Source: an uncultured Desulfatitalea sp.
GTDB taxonomy: Bacteria > Desulfobacterota > Desulfobacteria > Desulfobacterales > Desulfosarcinaceae
Length of the DNA: 64,000 bases
Direction of reading: 5' to 3'
NCBI GenBank assembly: GCA_963668675.2
Contig: CAXXMB010000002.1
Location: 1,024,001 to 1,088,000 of the forward strand
Position numbers and translations under genes: made by a program. Numbering within the stretch: the first letter of the stretch is position 1; each line of letters opens with the position of its first letter. Of the stretch, positions 48,272 through 61,245 are shown piece by piece. The notes beneath the pieces were generated by a model, which saw only the letters and a list, made by a program, of their open reading frames with translations, was not told the DNA's origin and made no database searches.

Positions 48272-49150
48272 ATGATGGAATTTGAGCAAATCATCTACAC
48301 GCCTGGAAAAATCGCCCGAATTATTCTGGACCGCCCACAACAGTTGAACGCCCAAGGCTATCAGATGTTGAAAGAGGTGGACAATGCCTTCCAGTTGGCC
48401 GTTTCCGATCAGCAATGCGGCGTGATCGTGGTATCCGGCAATGGCCGGGCGTTTTCCGCGGGTCACGATCTGGGAACGGAAGAAGAGATCCAGTATTGCC
48501 GGGAACACGGCCTTGCCGAACCGAAGAGCATGGACTTGCGGCAGAAAGTCGCCGACATGTACCAATTCTACGTGAAATTGACGCTTGCCTGGCGCAACTG
48601 CCCCAAGCCCACCATCGCCATGGTTCATGGATACTGCATCTACGGCGGCTGGATGGTGGCGGCTGCCATGGATGTGCTCTTTGCCTCCAGGGAGAGCCTA
48701 TTTCTTCCCGGCATGGTGGAGTACTTCTCCGCGCCATGGGACATCGGCCCCAAGAAAGCCAAAGAGATCCTTCTGGAGCACCGCTTCGTACCGGCAACCG
48801 AAGCGCTGGCCTGCGGCTTCGTCAACCGCCTCTTTCCGGAAGAGGATTTAGAGGCCGAAACCCTGGCCTATGCCAACCGTGTCGCCGACAACTACCTATC
48901 CGCCCCCGCCTGGACCGGCACCATCAAATCCGCCATCAACCACATGCAGGACACTCAAGGGTTCAGCTCGGAAATTGAAGCCGCCTATACCAGCTTCTGC
49001 CTGATGTACGGCTTAGGCGCTCACACCGACGCCGCGCCGGATCAGGGCGGTTTCGCCCGCACCGACACGGCTAGAAAGAATTTCGAAAGCGCCAGACCCT
49101 GGCTGATAGCACAGGGTTTGATCGACCCGAAAAACAACTCTCCCTTTTGA
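48272..49150 (+). CDS. Enoyl-CoA hydratase/isomerase (crotonase) family
   Basis: LDRPQQLNA, GRAFSAGHDL, PKPTIAMVHGYCIYGG. Confidence 0.9.
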   Translation: MMEFEQIIYTPGKIARIILDRPQQLNAQGYQMLKEVDNAFQLAVSDQQCGVIVVSGNGRAFSAGHDLGTEEEIQYCREHGLAEPKSMDLRQKVADMYQFYVKLTLAWRNCPKPTIAMVHGYCIYGGWMVAAAMDVLFASRESLFLPGMVEYFSAPWDIGPKKAKEILLEHRFVPATEALACGFVNRLFPEEDLEAETLAYANRVADNYLSAPAWTGTIKSAINHMQDTQGFSSEIEAAYTSFCLMYGLGAHTDAAPDQGGFARTDTARKNFESARPWLIAQGLIDPKNNSPF

Positions 49151-49281
49151 CAGGGGGGGCTTACCCAAAAAACCGTGATTATTTCGATGACAGCCGCATT
49201 GAATCTGAACCGATGGTGGGGGATTCTAAATTCCCAAGGGATATCGTTCTTGATCCGCTCCATGCTCACACCGACAAACGG

Positions 49282-49788
49282 TTACCCGTCCATCGATATC
49301 GATGCAGCGATCTGCGCGGCCAGTTGCTCCTGCCTTACACCGACGCAGTCAAAAGTGACATCGGCGTATCTCTTATAAAGGATTTGACGCTCTATAAAAA
49401 GCGCTTCGAAGGTCTGACCCTTCTCTTTCGCAATGCCGCGTGTATCGAAGTTGTCTATTCTTCTCTTGATCTCTTCGAAATCAACTTCGAGAAAGACAAT
49501 AGTAGATATGGCGCTTAAATGGGCCATTGCGTTTGGGCTGTATACAGCACTGCCACCCGTCGCAATGACATGGTGCTCGATGTTGATCTTCAGGATCTCG
49601 CGCTCCTCGATGGCCCGCAGGTTGAGGTGGTCGCTCTCCTCGATGATCTGCTGCAGCCGTTTCTGCTGATTGATCTGGATGAGCACATCCGTATCGATAA
49701 AGCCCGCACCCAGATTCTTGGCGAGTATGATCCCGGTTGTGCTCTTTCCTGCGCCGGGCATCCCGATGAGGGTGATATTTGGTTTCAT
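49282..49788 (-). CDS. aroK: Shikimate kinase
   Basis: ITLIGMPGAGKSTTG, FIDTD, IEE, VIATGGS, ERQILY. Confidence 0.85.
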   Translation of the reverse strand: MKPNITLIGMPGAGKSTTGIILAKNLGAGFIDTDVLIQINQQKRLQQIIEESDHLNLRAIEEREILKINIEHHVIATGGSAVYSPNAMAHLSAISTIVFLEVDFEEIKRRIDNFDTRGIAKEKGQTFEALFIERQILYKRYADVTFDCVGVRQEQLAAQIAASISMDG

Positions 49789-49894
49789 AAGCAATCCTTA
49801 CTGCAACACACTACCGGAGGCCCTCACTCTGAGCGTCACCGGTAAATTTCCTCTAAAGCTATCCTGTTTATGATCGATATTAGATCTTAGTAAG

Positions 49895-49915
49895 GATTTG
49901 AATCAAATTCAAATC
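49895..49915. promoter_or_regulatory. Operator-like palindrome in the divergent aroK / Cache-gene interval
   Basis: GATTTGAAT-CAA-ATTCAAATC, perfect 9-bp inverted repeat. Confidence 0.45.
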
Positions 49916-49968
49916 ATTCATCTTCTAAACAGTGGAATAAAGATTCTATTTCCAAATACGGGGGCAAT

Positions 49969-50451
49969 ATGAAACAATTTTCAGCTGTACTGGTCGCTAT
50001 TTCAGTTCTTTTAATGGGCTCCACTGCAATGGCAGGGGAAAAAGCGGCCCCCAAAGATGTTTATGATCTTGTCATCAAAGCGTATGACGTTGTAGCCGCC
50101 TTAAAAGAGGACTCTCTGGTTGCTTTCAACGATCCAAAAGGCGAATTCATCTACAAGGACACCTATGTGTTCGTGATGCAGTGTCCGGAGTATGTGGTGG
50201 CCCATCCGTATGCCATCGACAAACTCGAGGGCAAAGACCTGAGAGAAAAATTTCCATTTCAGATCACCCTTTGCGACGGGGGCAAAAACCCTCAGGGCAC
50301 CTGGGTCGAATACAAATGGCCCAAACCGGGCAGCAAAGAGCCTTCCCGCAAAATCTCATTTGTCATAGGTGTCAAGGACACCCCTTATACCATCGCTGCC
50401 GGCATTTATGATGACAATACATCCATTGCGGAACTCAACCAGGGGAAATAG
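49969..50451 (+). CDS. Stand-alone periplasmic single Cache domain protein
   Basis: Signal peptide, FNDPKGEF..DTYVFV, VAHP, WVEYKWPKPG..EPSRKISFV, AAGIY. Confidence 0.85.
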   Translation: MKQFSAVLVAISVLLMGSTAMAGEKAAPKDVYDLVIKAYDVVAALKEDSLVAFNDPKGEFIYKDTYVFVMQCPEYVVAHPYAIDKLEGKDLREKFPFQITLCDGGKNPQGTWVEYKWPKPGSKEPSRKISFVIGVKDTPYTIAAGIYDDNTSIAELNQGK

Positions 50452-50472
50452 ACCTCTCTCTTTCCAATGGAC

Positions 50473-50510
50473 AGACGAAGGGGCCGGAGTTGATCGCCGC
50501 CCCTTCCGTC
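50473..50510 (+). terminator. Hairpin downstream of the Cache gene
   Basis: GACGAAGGGGC...GCCCCTTCCGTC inverted repeat; no clear U-tract. Confidence 0.35.
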
Positions 50511-50865
50511 ATCTGCAACTGCGTCGACACCTGCCTTCAATAAGTGTACTTGATGGAGGCAATAGAGCACCTCTTTTGCATACTGCCCGCATCCTTATCC
50601 AAAGGGACGTCTCCGACCGTTTTACAGCATAAAGAATCGCCGTTTCAGAAACGATAAGAGCGCCACATGGTACGGATTATTCCATCCCCGTCCATTCGCC
50701 ATCCCCCTGCCATTTCCGGAAAGCATTTCAGTTGGGCAATCCGTTCCTGTCCTTGAATCATCCTTCTTTCAATCTTTCCGGCGACATGGTACTCTCGACA
50801 CAACGAAAACGCACCTTTATGCCTCAACGTGTCTTATCCAACGGCCTATCTGGTCTGGAGGAGAA

Positions 50866-53574
50866 ATGGAAGGGCGGACGATTTCACATTATCGGATTTC
50901 CAAATTGCTGGGCAAGGGAACCATGGGCGCGGTTTACTTGGCCGAGGATATCCGCCTAAAACGTTCTCTTGCGCTTAAAGTCTTGTGCAGCGATCCCCAG
51001 GAAAGCAAGGAGTCTTTAAAGCGGTTCCGAATCGAGGCAGAAGCAATAGCCCGCCTCAACCACCTGAACATCGCCACCCTTTACACCGTGGAAGAGGTTG
51101 ACAATCAATCTTATATCGCCATGGAGTACATCGATGGCCAGTGCCTCAAGGATTTGATTCCGGAAACCGGGTTAAGTCTGGATATCTTCTTTGAATGGTT
51201 TCTGCCATTGGCAGAGGCCCTTGCCCATGCCCATGAAAAAGGTGTCATCCACCGCGACATCAAGCCCGCCAACATCATGGTCACTCGGGAAGATTTGCCC
51301 AAAATCCTTGATTTCGGCATTGCCCGCATCCATAGCGCCAAGTTCGATCAGGCAGGCGGGAGCCTTGGAGATGAGAGTTTGACCCGGATCGGGACCGTCA
51401 TGGGCTCTCCGGCGTATATGTCTCCAGAGCAGGCTGCGGGGGGAAAAGTCGACTACCGCACCGACATCTTCAGCTTTGGCATATTGATGTATGAAGCCCT
51501 CTCCGGCAGAAAACCCTTCAAAGGTCAGTCGATACAGGAGATCATTACAAGCATATTGAAGGACGAACCGGAACCGATAGAGGCTGTCAGGCCCGACATT
51601 CCCTACCTGCTCGGTCATATCGTGGGCAAAGCGCTCCAAAAAGATCTGCGAAAGAGATATCAAACCGTACAGGATCTGGCCAACGACCTGAAGAGTGCCA
51701 AGGCACACCATGAAAACGGACGGAGTTATCCAGAGACGGACACCGCCGCTGAAGCAAAGAGGGTGCCGCAGGCAAGCCGCCGCGCCACATGGAAGATACA
51801 GATCGCCCTTGGCCTTTGCCTTGTGGTGATCGGAACCCTGTCCGGCTGGTTTCTGTCCGGTGGAAAATCTTCCCCTCCTGAAGAAGTTTCCCGCCACTTC
51901 AAAGTTCCGCTTGAGGACGTGTCCGGCCACATGGCCAGCGGCGGGGCCTCCATTTCCCCCGACGGCCGACGGATCGCCTTTGTTCAAGACCAGGGGCTGT
52001 GGCTTATGGATCTGGGCACGGGCGAGTCTTATCAAATCCCCGATGCCACGCAGGTCGAACAACAGCCGTTCTGGTCTCCCGACAGCAGTTACGTAGGCTA
52101 CTTTACCAACATGGGAAGAACCATCAAAAAGGTGTCGGTTAAGGGTGGCCAGAGTTCGACGGTATGCGACATCTCCAACCGGGGCTTTGCAGGGGCTGCT
52201 GTATGGACACGCAATGGCGAAATCATTTTCGATCAATGGGGAGGCGATTGGACAAAAGGCGCAGGGTTACTGATCGTCCCTGAGGATGGTGGCAACCCGC
52301 AGCCGTTCGAGCAATTGTCTCGGGCCAAGGAAGAGAGCTATCAGGCGCCCGGCGGTTTGCCGGGCGGGAAGGCCATTTTGTTTGTCGCCGTTCATTCAGA
52401 CGGAGCGTCGGAACTGATGCTGACAGCCGGCGGTGAGCGTCAAAGCCTGTTAACTTCTGCCGATGAGCGCATCTTTGATCCGGTCTATTGCCCGTCAGGC
52501 CATATTCTTTACCTGAAAGGGTTGGCACATGGCTATGGCATCTGGGCGGTGCCTTTTTCCCTGGCACGGCTGGAGACGACGGGAGTGCCCTTCCTTGTGG
52601 CTGAAAACGGTACCTGGCCCAGCGCATCAGCCGATGGAACGATCACCTATATATCGGAGCCCACGGCAACGCAGCAGCTGGTCCGGCTTGACAGGCAAGG
52701 AAATGTCCTGTCCACCATCGGCCCTTCTTTAACAGGGACTCAAATCGGTGCGGTAGCGCTTTCCAACGATCAGACACGGGTTGCCATCGATGCCTTCGAA
52801 AGACAATTTGAGGATATCTGGCTTGTTGATCCGTCCAGGGGCACTCACGCACGGTTGACGTTTGCTCCTTGCCGGGATGCCGAGGCCACTTTCTCGGCGG
52901 ACAGCCATCAGGTTGCCTACACATCGGAGAGAGAAGGGGTGAGCGATATCTATGTTCAGGCCCTTGATCCGCAGGCCCAAGCGCATGCGCTTGTTCAGGG
53001 CAGTGCAGACAAATTCAATGCGCACTGGTCGCAAAATGGCGATTACCTCACGTATGAAGTGCTCGATGTCAAAACAAAGCGCGATATCTGGTACCTTCCC
53101 ATGGCATCTAATGCCAAGCAAGGTGCCACGACCCGGGCGCAAAACCCTGTTCTTTTCCTGAGAACCCCCTTTGATGAGGCGATGCCTCAGATATCTCCCG
53201 ACAATCGGTACCTGGCGTATATGTCCAATATCTCAGGACGCTGGGAAGTGTATGTCCGGCCGTTCCCCAAGGGAGAGCGCGAATGGCAAATATCTTTGAA
53301 GGGCGGAGGGTATCCGCGCTGGAGCAGCCGCGGAAATGAACTCTTCTATGTGGACAAAAACGCGCTGATGTCGGCGAAGGTGGTGACCCGGCCAACGTTC
53401 CGGATTGAGGCCACCCAAAAGCTGTTCGAGTGGAAGCAGTTGGGCCTTTATCTCATGCGTCGTTACGATGTAACCGCCGACGGGCAGGCCATCATAGCAG
53501 TTCAAGAGACAATCAGCGGCAAACGGGTTCTCAATATCTGGGAACACTGGGACAAGGGTTACGCTTCAAAGTAG
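50866..53574 (+). CDS. Hanks-type Ser/Thr protein kinase with a hydrophobic segment and TolB/PD40-like beta-propeller repeats
   Basis: LGKGTMGAVY, ALK, HRDIKPAN, DFG, YMSPEQ, DIFSFG; ISPDGRRIAF, WSPDSSYV, ISPDNRYLAY repeats. Confidence 0.92.
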   Translation: MEGRTISHYRISKLLGKGTMGAVYLAEDIRLKRSLALKVLCSDPQESKESLKRFRIEAEAIARLNHLNIATLYTVEEVDNQSYIAMEYIDGQCLKDLIPETGLSLDIFFEWFLPLAEALAHAHEKGVIHRDIKPANIMVTREDLPKILDFGIARIHSAKFDQAGGSLGDESLTRIGTVMGSPAYMSPEQAAGGKVDYRTDIFSFGILMYEALSGRKPFKGQSIQEIITSILKDEPEPIEAVRPDIPYLLGHIVGKALQKDLRKRYQTVQDLANDLKSAKAHHENGRSYPETDTAAEAKRVPQASRRATWKIQIALGLCLVVIGTLSGWFLSGGKSSPPEEVSRHFKVPLEDVSGHMASGGASISPDGRRIAFVQDQGLWLMDLGTGESYQIPDATQVEQQPFWSPDSSYVGYFTNMGRTIKKVSVKGGQSSTVCDISNRGFAGAAVWTRNGEIIFDQWGGDWTKGAGLLIVPEDGGNPQPFEQLSRAKEESYQAPGGLPGGKAILFVAVHSDGASELMLTAGGERQSLLTSADERIFDPVYCPSGHILYLKGLAHGYGIWAVPFSLARLETTGVPFLVAENGTWPSASADGTITYISEPTATQQLVRLDRQGNVLSTIGPSLTGTQIGAVALSNDQTRVAIDAFERQFEDIWLVDPSRGTHARLTFAPCRDAEATFSADSHQVAYTSEREGVSDIYVQALDPQAQAHALVQGSADKFNAHWSQNGDYLTYEVLDVKTKRDIWYLPMASNAKQGATTRAQNPVLFLRTPFDEAMPQISPDNRYLAYMSNISGRWEVYVRPFPKGEREWQISLKGGGYPRWSSRGNELFYVDKNALMSAKVVTRPTFRIEATQKLFEWKQLGLYLMRRYDVTADGQAIIAVQETISGKRVLNIWEHWDKGYASK

Positions 53575-53591
53575 GAGAAAAGTTAAAATTC

Positions 53592-54296
53592 CTAGCGTTC
53601 AAGAAGAAAGCGCTTGTATATTTGATAATGCTCGGTTTCTTGATACTTGATCACACTTACCGGGCTATGATCGAAACTGTATATCCTGGCATCTTCGTAT
53701 GCCAACAAAATTGGGGAATGGGTTGCTATGATAAACTGGGCATGTCCTACTTTGCCATTTTCACGAAGAATATCTAAGAACGCAAGTTGACTTTTGGGCG
53801 ATAGTGCTGTTTCTGGTTCATCCAGAAAGTAGATCCCCCTTACCTTATAGCATGAACGAAAATAAGACATCATGGATTGGCCATGCGATTGTGCAACGAG
53901 AGACTTTCCACCAAAATATTTCAATTGCCCAGGATCTGAGGCTGCCCAACTATCGACAATTCTTCTAAAGTCGTTAAAAATTTCTGAACCGAAATATGAT
54001 CCAGGCACCTTTCCATTTGCCCACTCCAAGGAGATATATCTATATAGCTGCTTTTCATACTGGTTAACCTGGTAGCGCGTCCCTTCAGACTTACGCCAAA
54101 TATGGATGTCGCTCGCATGTGCCAGTGCCTCCAATAAAGTGGACTTTCCCGTACCATTCTCTCCCACAAAAAAAGTTACAGGGAATTCGAATAGTATCTG
54201 TTTGGTTTGATTGAAAATCGGCAAAGAGAAGGGGTAATGACACTCCGATGGGTACTTTTCATGGTGCAATGTAACACTCGTCAGGTGATTGCTCAT
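53592..54296 (-). CDS. ABC-type/AAA_21 ATPase, stand-alone
   Basis: VGENGTGKSTLLEA, QSHGQS, YFLDEPETALSP, QFIIATHSPILL; AT-richer than the flanks. Confidence 0.88.
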   Translation of the reverse strand: MSNHLTSVTLHHEKYPSECHYPFSLPIFNQTKQILFEFPVTFFVGENGTGKSTLLEALAHASDIHIWRKSEGTRYQVNQYEKQLYRYISLEWANGKVPGSYFGSEIFNDFRRIVDSWAASDPGQLKYFGGKSLVAQSHGQSMMSYFRSCYKVRGIYFLDEPETALSPKSQLAFLDILRENGKVGHAQFIIATHSPILLAYEDARIYSFDHSPVSVIKYQETEHYQIYKRFLLER

Positions 54297-54869
54297 TGTT
54301 TTTCTCTAATTCCCTCAAGCAGACTGAATTCTATTCTCTACTTCTTTACGTATGACCAGCGCCCGCCACCGCAGACGAGCAGGGTTTTGTGTCAAGATCG
54401 ACACTCCTCGTTCATGTGCCACTGAGTACGACTCATCAAAATCACCTGCAGCATTCATCGACCATAGCGTTATCCTCGAGGAACGCTATGCGTTAACTTC
54501 ACACGGCGCTCTATCGTATCGCACAAGCGCTTGCGATGGATCGCAGTGGAATTACAATCGAACTTAATGCGATGGTTCCGTTGCCTTATATTATTGAAAC
54601 TCTCGGGTCAAGAGTGTAATATGACACTTGAATTTTGTGCGCGACTTTCTTTAATTCTGAATAAGCTACCGATATTCATCGGCACATTCATATCATGAGC
54701 TAACAAACAAAACGGGTATTTTAGTGTTAAAAATACTTTAGAGTATTTATAAAATATCTCTCTACTTAGATTTGCATAAAATTCCTGACGGTCAATGATG
54801 GCTTTATATTTTTCGTTTTGGAAGGGCTCTGCACTTCAGGACACGAAGTCACCTCCTTATGGCAGGCTA

Positions 54870-54944
54870 ATCAGGATAGGAAGAAGTCTCACGACTCCTC
54901 CCTCCCGCGCCAGCGGGCATACGGATCACGTACCACGGCGGTTC
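54870..54944 (-). mobile_element. Group IIC intron 3' remnant (domains V and VI only)
   Basis: Minus strand reads GAACCGCCGTGGTACGTGATCCGTATGCCCGCTGGCGCGGGAGG (DV-like, CGC triad) then GAGGAGTC-GTGA-GACTTCTT-CCTATCCTGAT (DVI-like, AT terminus); no RT ORF. Confidence 0.8.
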
Positions 54945-54961
54945 GGATGATTAAATCGATC

Positions 54962-58221
<3,260 letters not shown>

Positions 58222-58222
<1 letters not shown>

Positions 58223-59379
58223 CAGATGCCCTCCACTTGCATGCCGTCTTTCAGTTTGGCAGGTACCTTGGAGACATAGCGCTGTCCCTCTTTCAGACCG
58301 GAGATGATCTCCACACGATCGCCGAGGATTTTACCGGTGCGCACGAGGCGGAAGCGGGCCATGTTTTGATCGCCGACAACGAAAACACCTGTGAGTTGGC
58401 CTTCATGCACGATAGCAGTCTCAGGCACCATCAACTGTCCGGCGCCTCCGATGGGGATGGAGACGCGAGCGAACATGCCTGTTTTGAGATCCAACCCTTG
58501 CGGCATGCCCACTTTGACCTCGAAGCTGCGGCTCTGGGCATCGGCTGCCGGGATGATGCGGCCGACCTCGCCGATGACATCCAGGTTGTCCAGGGCCGGT
58601 ACCAGCACTTTGACCTGCATGCCCACCTTGACGGTCTGAATATGACGCTCGGGCAGCACCAGGTCGGCGCAAAAGAGCCCCTCCTGCTCCAGGTTCAGCA
58701 GGGGGGTGCCGGGCGAAGCCAGGTCTCCGGCATCAATCAGTTTACTGACGACCTGACCATCGTAAGGGGCGCGCACCTGGGCATCTTTCTTGGCCAGGGT
58801 AGCCTGCTGAACGGCGGCTTGGGCTTGCTGGACCCGAGACCGGGCCGCTTCCACCATGGCTTCGGTCTGCGTCAGGGTGGCTTTGGCTTGACGGCTGCGC
58901 GATTGGATCTCTTCGAACTCCTGCTGTGAGACGGAGTTGTCCTTGAGCAACTGCGCGTAGCGCTTGAAGGTGGCGGCGGCCAACTCTGCAGCCGCCGCAG
59001 CCGCATCCCTGGATGAAACGGCCGAAGCCTGGGCCCGCCGTGCTTCACGCAGACCGGCCTGGGCCTGATCAAGCTGGGAGGAGACCGTTCGCGGATCGAT
59101 GGTCACCAACAGATCACCCTCCTTGACCGGGTCCCCCTCCTGCACGTGGATCGCCTGTACGGCACCCATCAGTTTGGCCGAGATGGTGCTGGCCGTACGG
59201 GCGTTGATGGTGGCCACAGCTTCATAAAGAAACGGTTCCTGGCTGATGCGGGCTTCGTCGACAGGCGCTTGAATGCTCTGTCCGGCCCCGGAAACGGTAT
59301 TGCCCGGTTCGATCTCGCCACCACAGGCAGTCAGGGCGGTGAGGCAGAAGATAACGGCGAGTACACGTATTGACTTCAT
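58222..59379 (-). CDS. RND membrane fusion protein (lipoprotein)
   Basis: LTAC lipobox, [33 protein letters not shown]. Confidence 0.93.
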
Positions 59380-59413
59380 GATTCACTCCATCAGAACGAT
59401 TATTGAAAATCCT

Positions 59414-60793
59414 TTATTGAAAATCCTTATCGATCACTCCGCTGGCAAGGGCCAGGGAGATGCGGGCCACCTTGTAGTCGTGCAGGGATTTGAAGTGGCG
59501 GGTCTCGGCCTGCTGTAGCGCCACCTGGGCATCGAGCAGGCTCACCAGGGCGAGCAGGCCATTGCGGTAGCGGTTGGCGGTGATGCGCAGCGCCTCTTCG
59601 GCCTGATCCACAACGGTCTGGGCCACCTGGATGCTTTGCCAGGCGCTTTGGGCCTGGTAGTAAGCGCGCTGCGTCTCCACGCGGACGTTGAGGGCCAGCC
59701 CCTCGCGCATGGCCTTGATCCTGGCGGTCATGGCCTTGGCTTCGGCCGACCGCCCCGAGATGCCCTGGCCGCTAAAGAGGTTGATCTGCAGCACGGCGCC
59801 CACGCTGTAGTTGTCCTGGGAGTCGGAGAAGTCTTCGGTGTTGATCTCATAGTTGCCCTGCAGAGCGAGGGTGGGATAGTGGGCCGCGCGAGCACGGTCG
59901 AGCTGTTTGCGGGCAACCGCCTCCTGGACCGAGAGCTGTTTCAGATCGGGCCGCTGCCCGAGCGCTTTTTGAACCCACTCGTCCAACTCGCCCGAGGTAG
60001 GAATGCGGTGCTGGAAAACGCCGGCCAGCCGCACCGTGGGTGGTGTCGCTTCCGGCTTGCCCATGGCTGCACCAAGCAGGGCCAGGGCCACCTGCACCCC
60101 ACTTTGGGCCTGCAGCCGCTGCTGCTCCAGATCGCCGATGCGCACCTTGGCCCGCAGCACATCGCTTTTGACGGCCAGGCCGCTGCGCTGGCGGTCTTCG
60201 ACGACTTTCAGGTGAGCCCTGGCCGTCTCAAGGGCATGGGCAACCACATTGCGGTTCTCGATGGCCATCAGGGCGCCCACGTATGCGGCGGCGGTTTGGG
60301 CAATAATCTCCTGTTCGGTGCGTTGCAAGGCGAGATTGCCGGCCTCAAGGTTCTGCTTGGCCTGTCGCCAGCCAATCCAGGTCTGTCCGCCGTCGAAGAT
60401 GTTCCACGACAGGGTGAGGGCGGTCCTGAAGTTGTCGATGGCGTCCGGATCGTTGAGCTGGCCCGGGTCGAAATCCTGGGTCGTGATCACCCCTTGGTTG
60501 AGCTTGGTGCCGAAGGCCCACAGGGGGCTGGTGGTGCGGTTGAATGTCTCCGAGACGTCCATCCGCGGCATCAGCCCGGAGCGCGCTTGCGTTACCTGGG
60601 CATCCGTGGCCGCCAGTTGGTGGCGAGCCGCCTGCACGTATGGGTTTAACTTGACCGCCGTCATGATGGCGTCTCCGAGGGTCAAGGGCGGCGGCTGACT
60701 GTCGTCCTCTGCCATAAGAACACCTGTGGAAAAAACGGACCAGAAAATAAACGCCCCGACCAACGCTTTTTTCCCACCTCTCAAATACTTCAT
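59414..60793 (-). CDS. TolC-family outer-membrane factor
   Basis: LTLGDAIMTA..NP, WNIFDGG, ALGQRPDL, RYRNGL...LLDAQ. Confidence 0.93.
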   Translation of the reverse strand: MKYLRGGKKALVGAFIFWSVFSTGVLMAEDDSQPPPLTLGDAIMTAVKLNPYVQAARHQLAATDAQVTQARSGLMPRMDVSETFNRTTSPLWAFGTKLNQGVITTQDFDPGQLNDPDAIDNFRTALTLSWNIFDGGQTWIGWRQAKQNLEAGNLALQRTEQEIIAQTAAAYVGALMAIENRNVVAHALETARAHLKVVEDRQRSGLAVKSDVLRAKVRIGDLEQQRLQAQSGVQVALALLGAAMGKPEATPPTVRLAGVFQHRIPTSGELDEWVQKALGQRPDLKQLSVQEAVARKQLDRARAAHYPTLALQGNYEINTEDFSDSQDNYSVGAVLQINLFSGQGISGRSAEAKAMTARIKAMREGLALNVRVETQRAYYQAQSAWQSIQVAQTVVDQAEEALRITANRYRNGLLALVSLLDAQVALQQAETRHFKSLHDYKVARISLALASGVIDKDFQ

Positions 60794-61245
60794 AAATACT
60801 CTCCATTATCTACCCGGAAGCCCCTGCCGGAGTCACTTGGCATACATCCACACGATATTAAAATTGAGGAGACTGAGTACTTAACCATAGATGACTCCCT
60901 GGGCTCCTGTTAAGAGGATTTGATTCCGAAAAAGTTACAAAAGGATCGGTTTTAATCATGGGTAGTATAAACTGACATTTGGTGTTGTGGACTTCTGCCC
61001 GGATGGACATCGCTCGGCAATGGCTACCAATATAGGCCAATCGGCTCTCAGTTTCAATCAAAGGGATCAAATCCGGCCCGAATCCAATCAAAAAAATGGA
61101 TCATCATCCACCGACGAACCATAGATAGATAATAGATACTATAGAAGAAGCGCCGCCGCATTTGCAGCCGCGATCTAATATAGATTCAAGATATAAATTC
61201 AAGCCAATGTTGCGGTGAACGCGAATTTCCGGTATTCGATCTTTT

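Noticed and set aside
60800..61245. Possible ncRNA or riboswitch in the long tolC-ROK intergenic region (also 39945-40510)
   Set aside because: No recognisable conserved motif or convincing stems by eye; an Rfam scan would be needed
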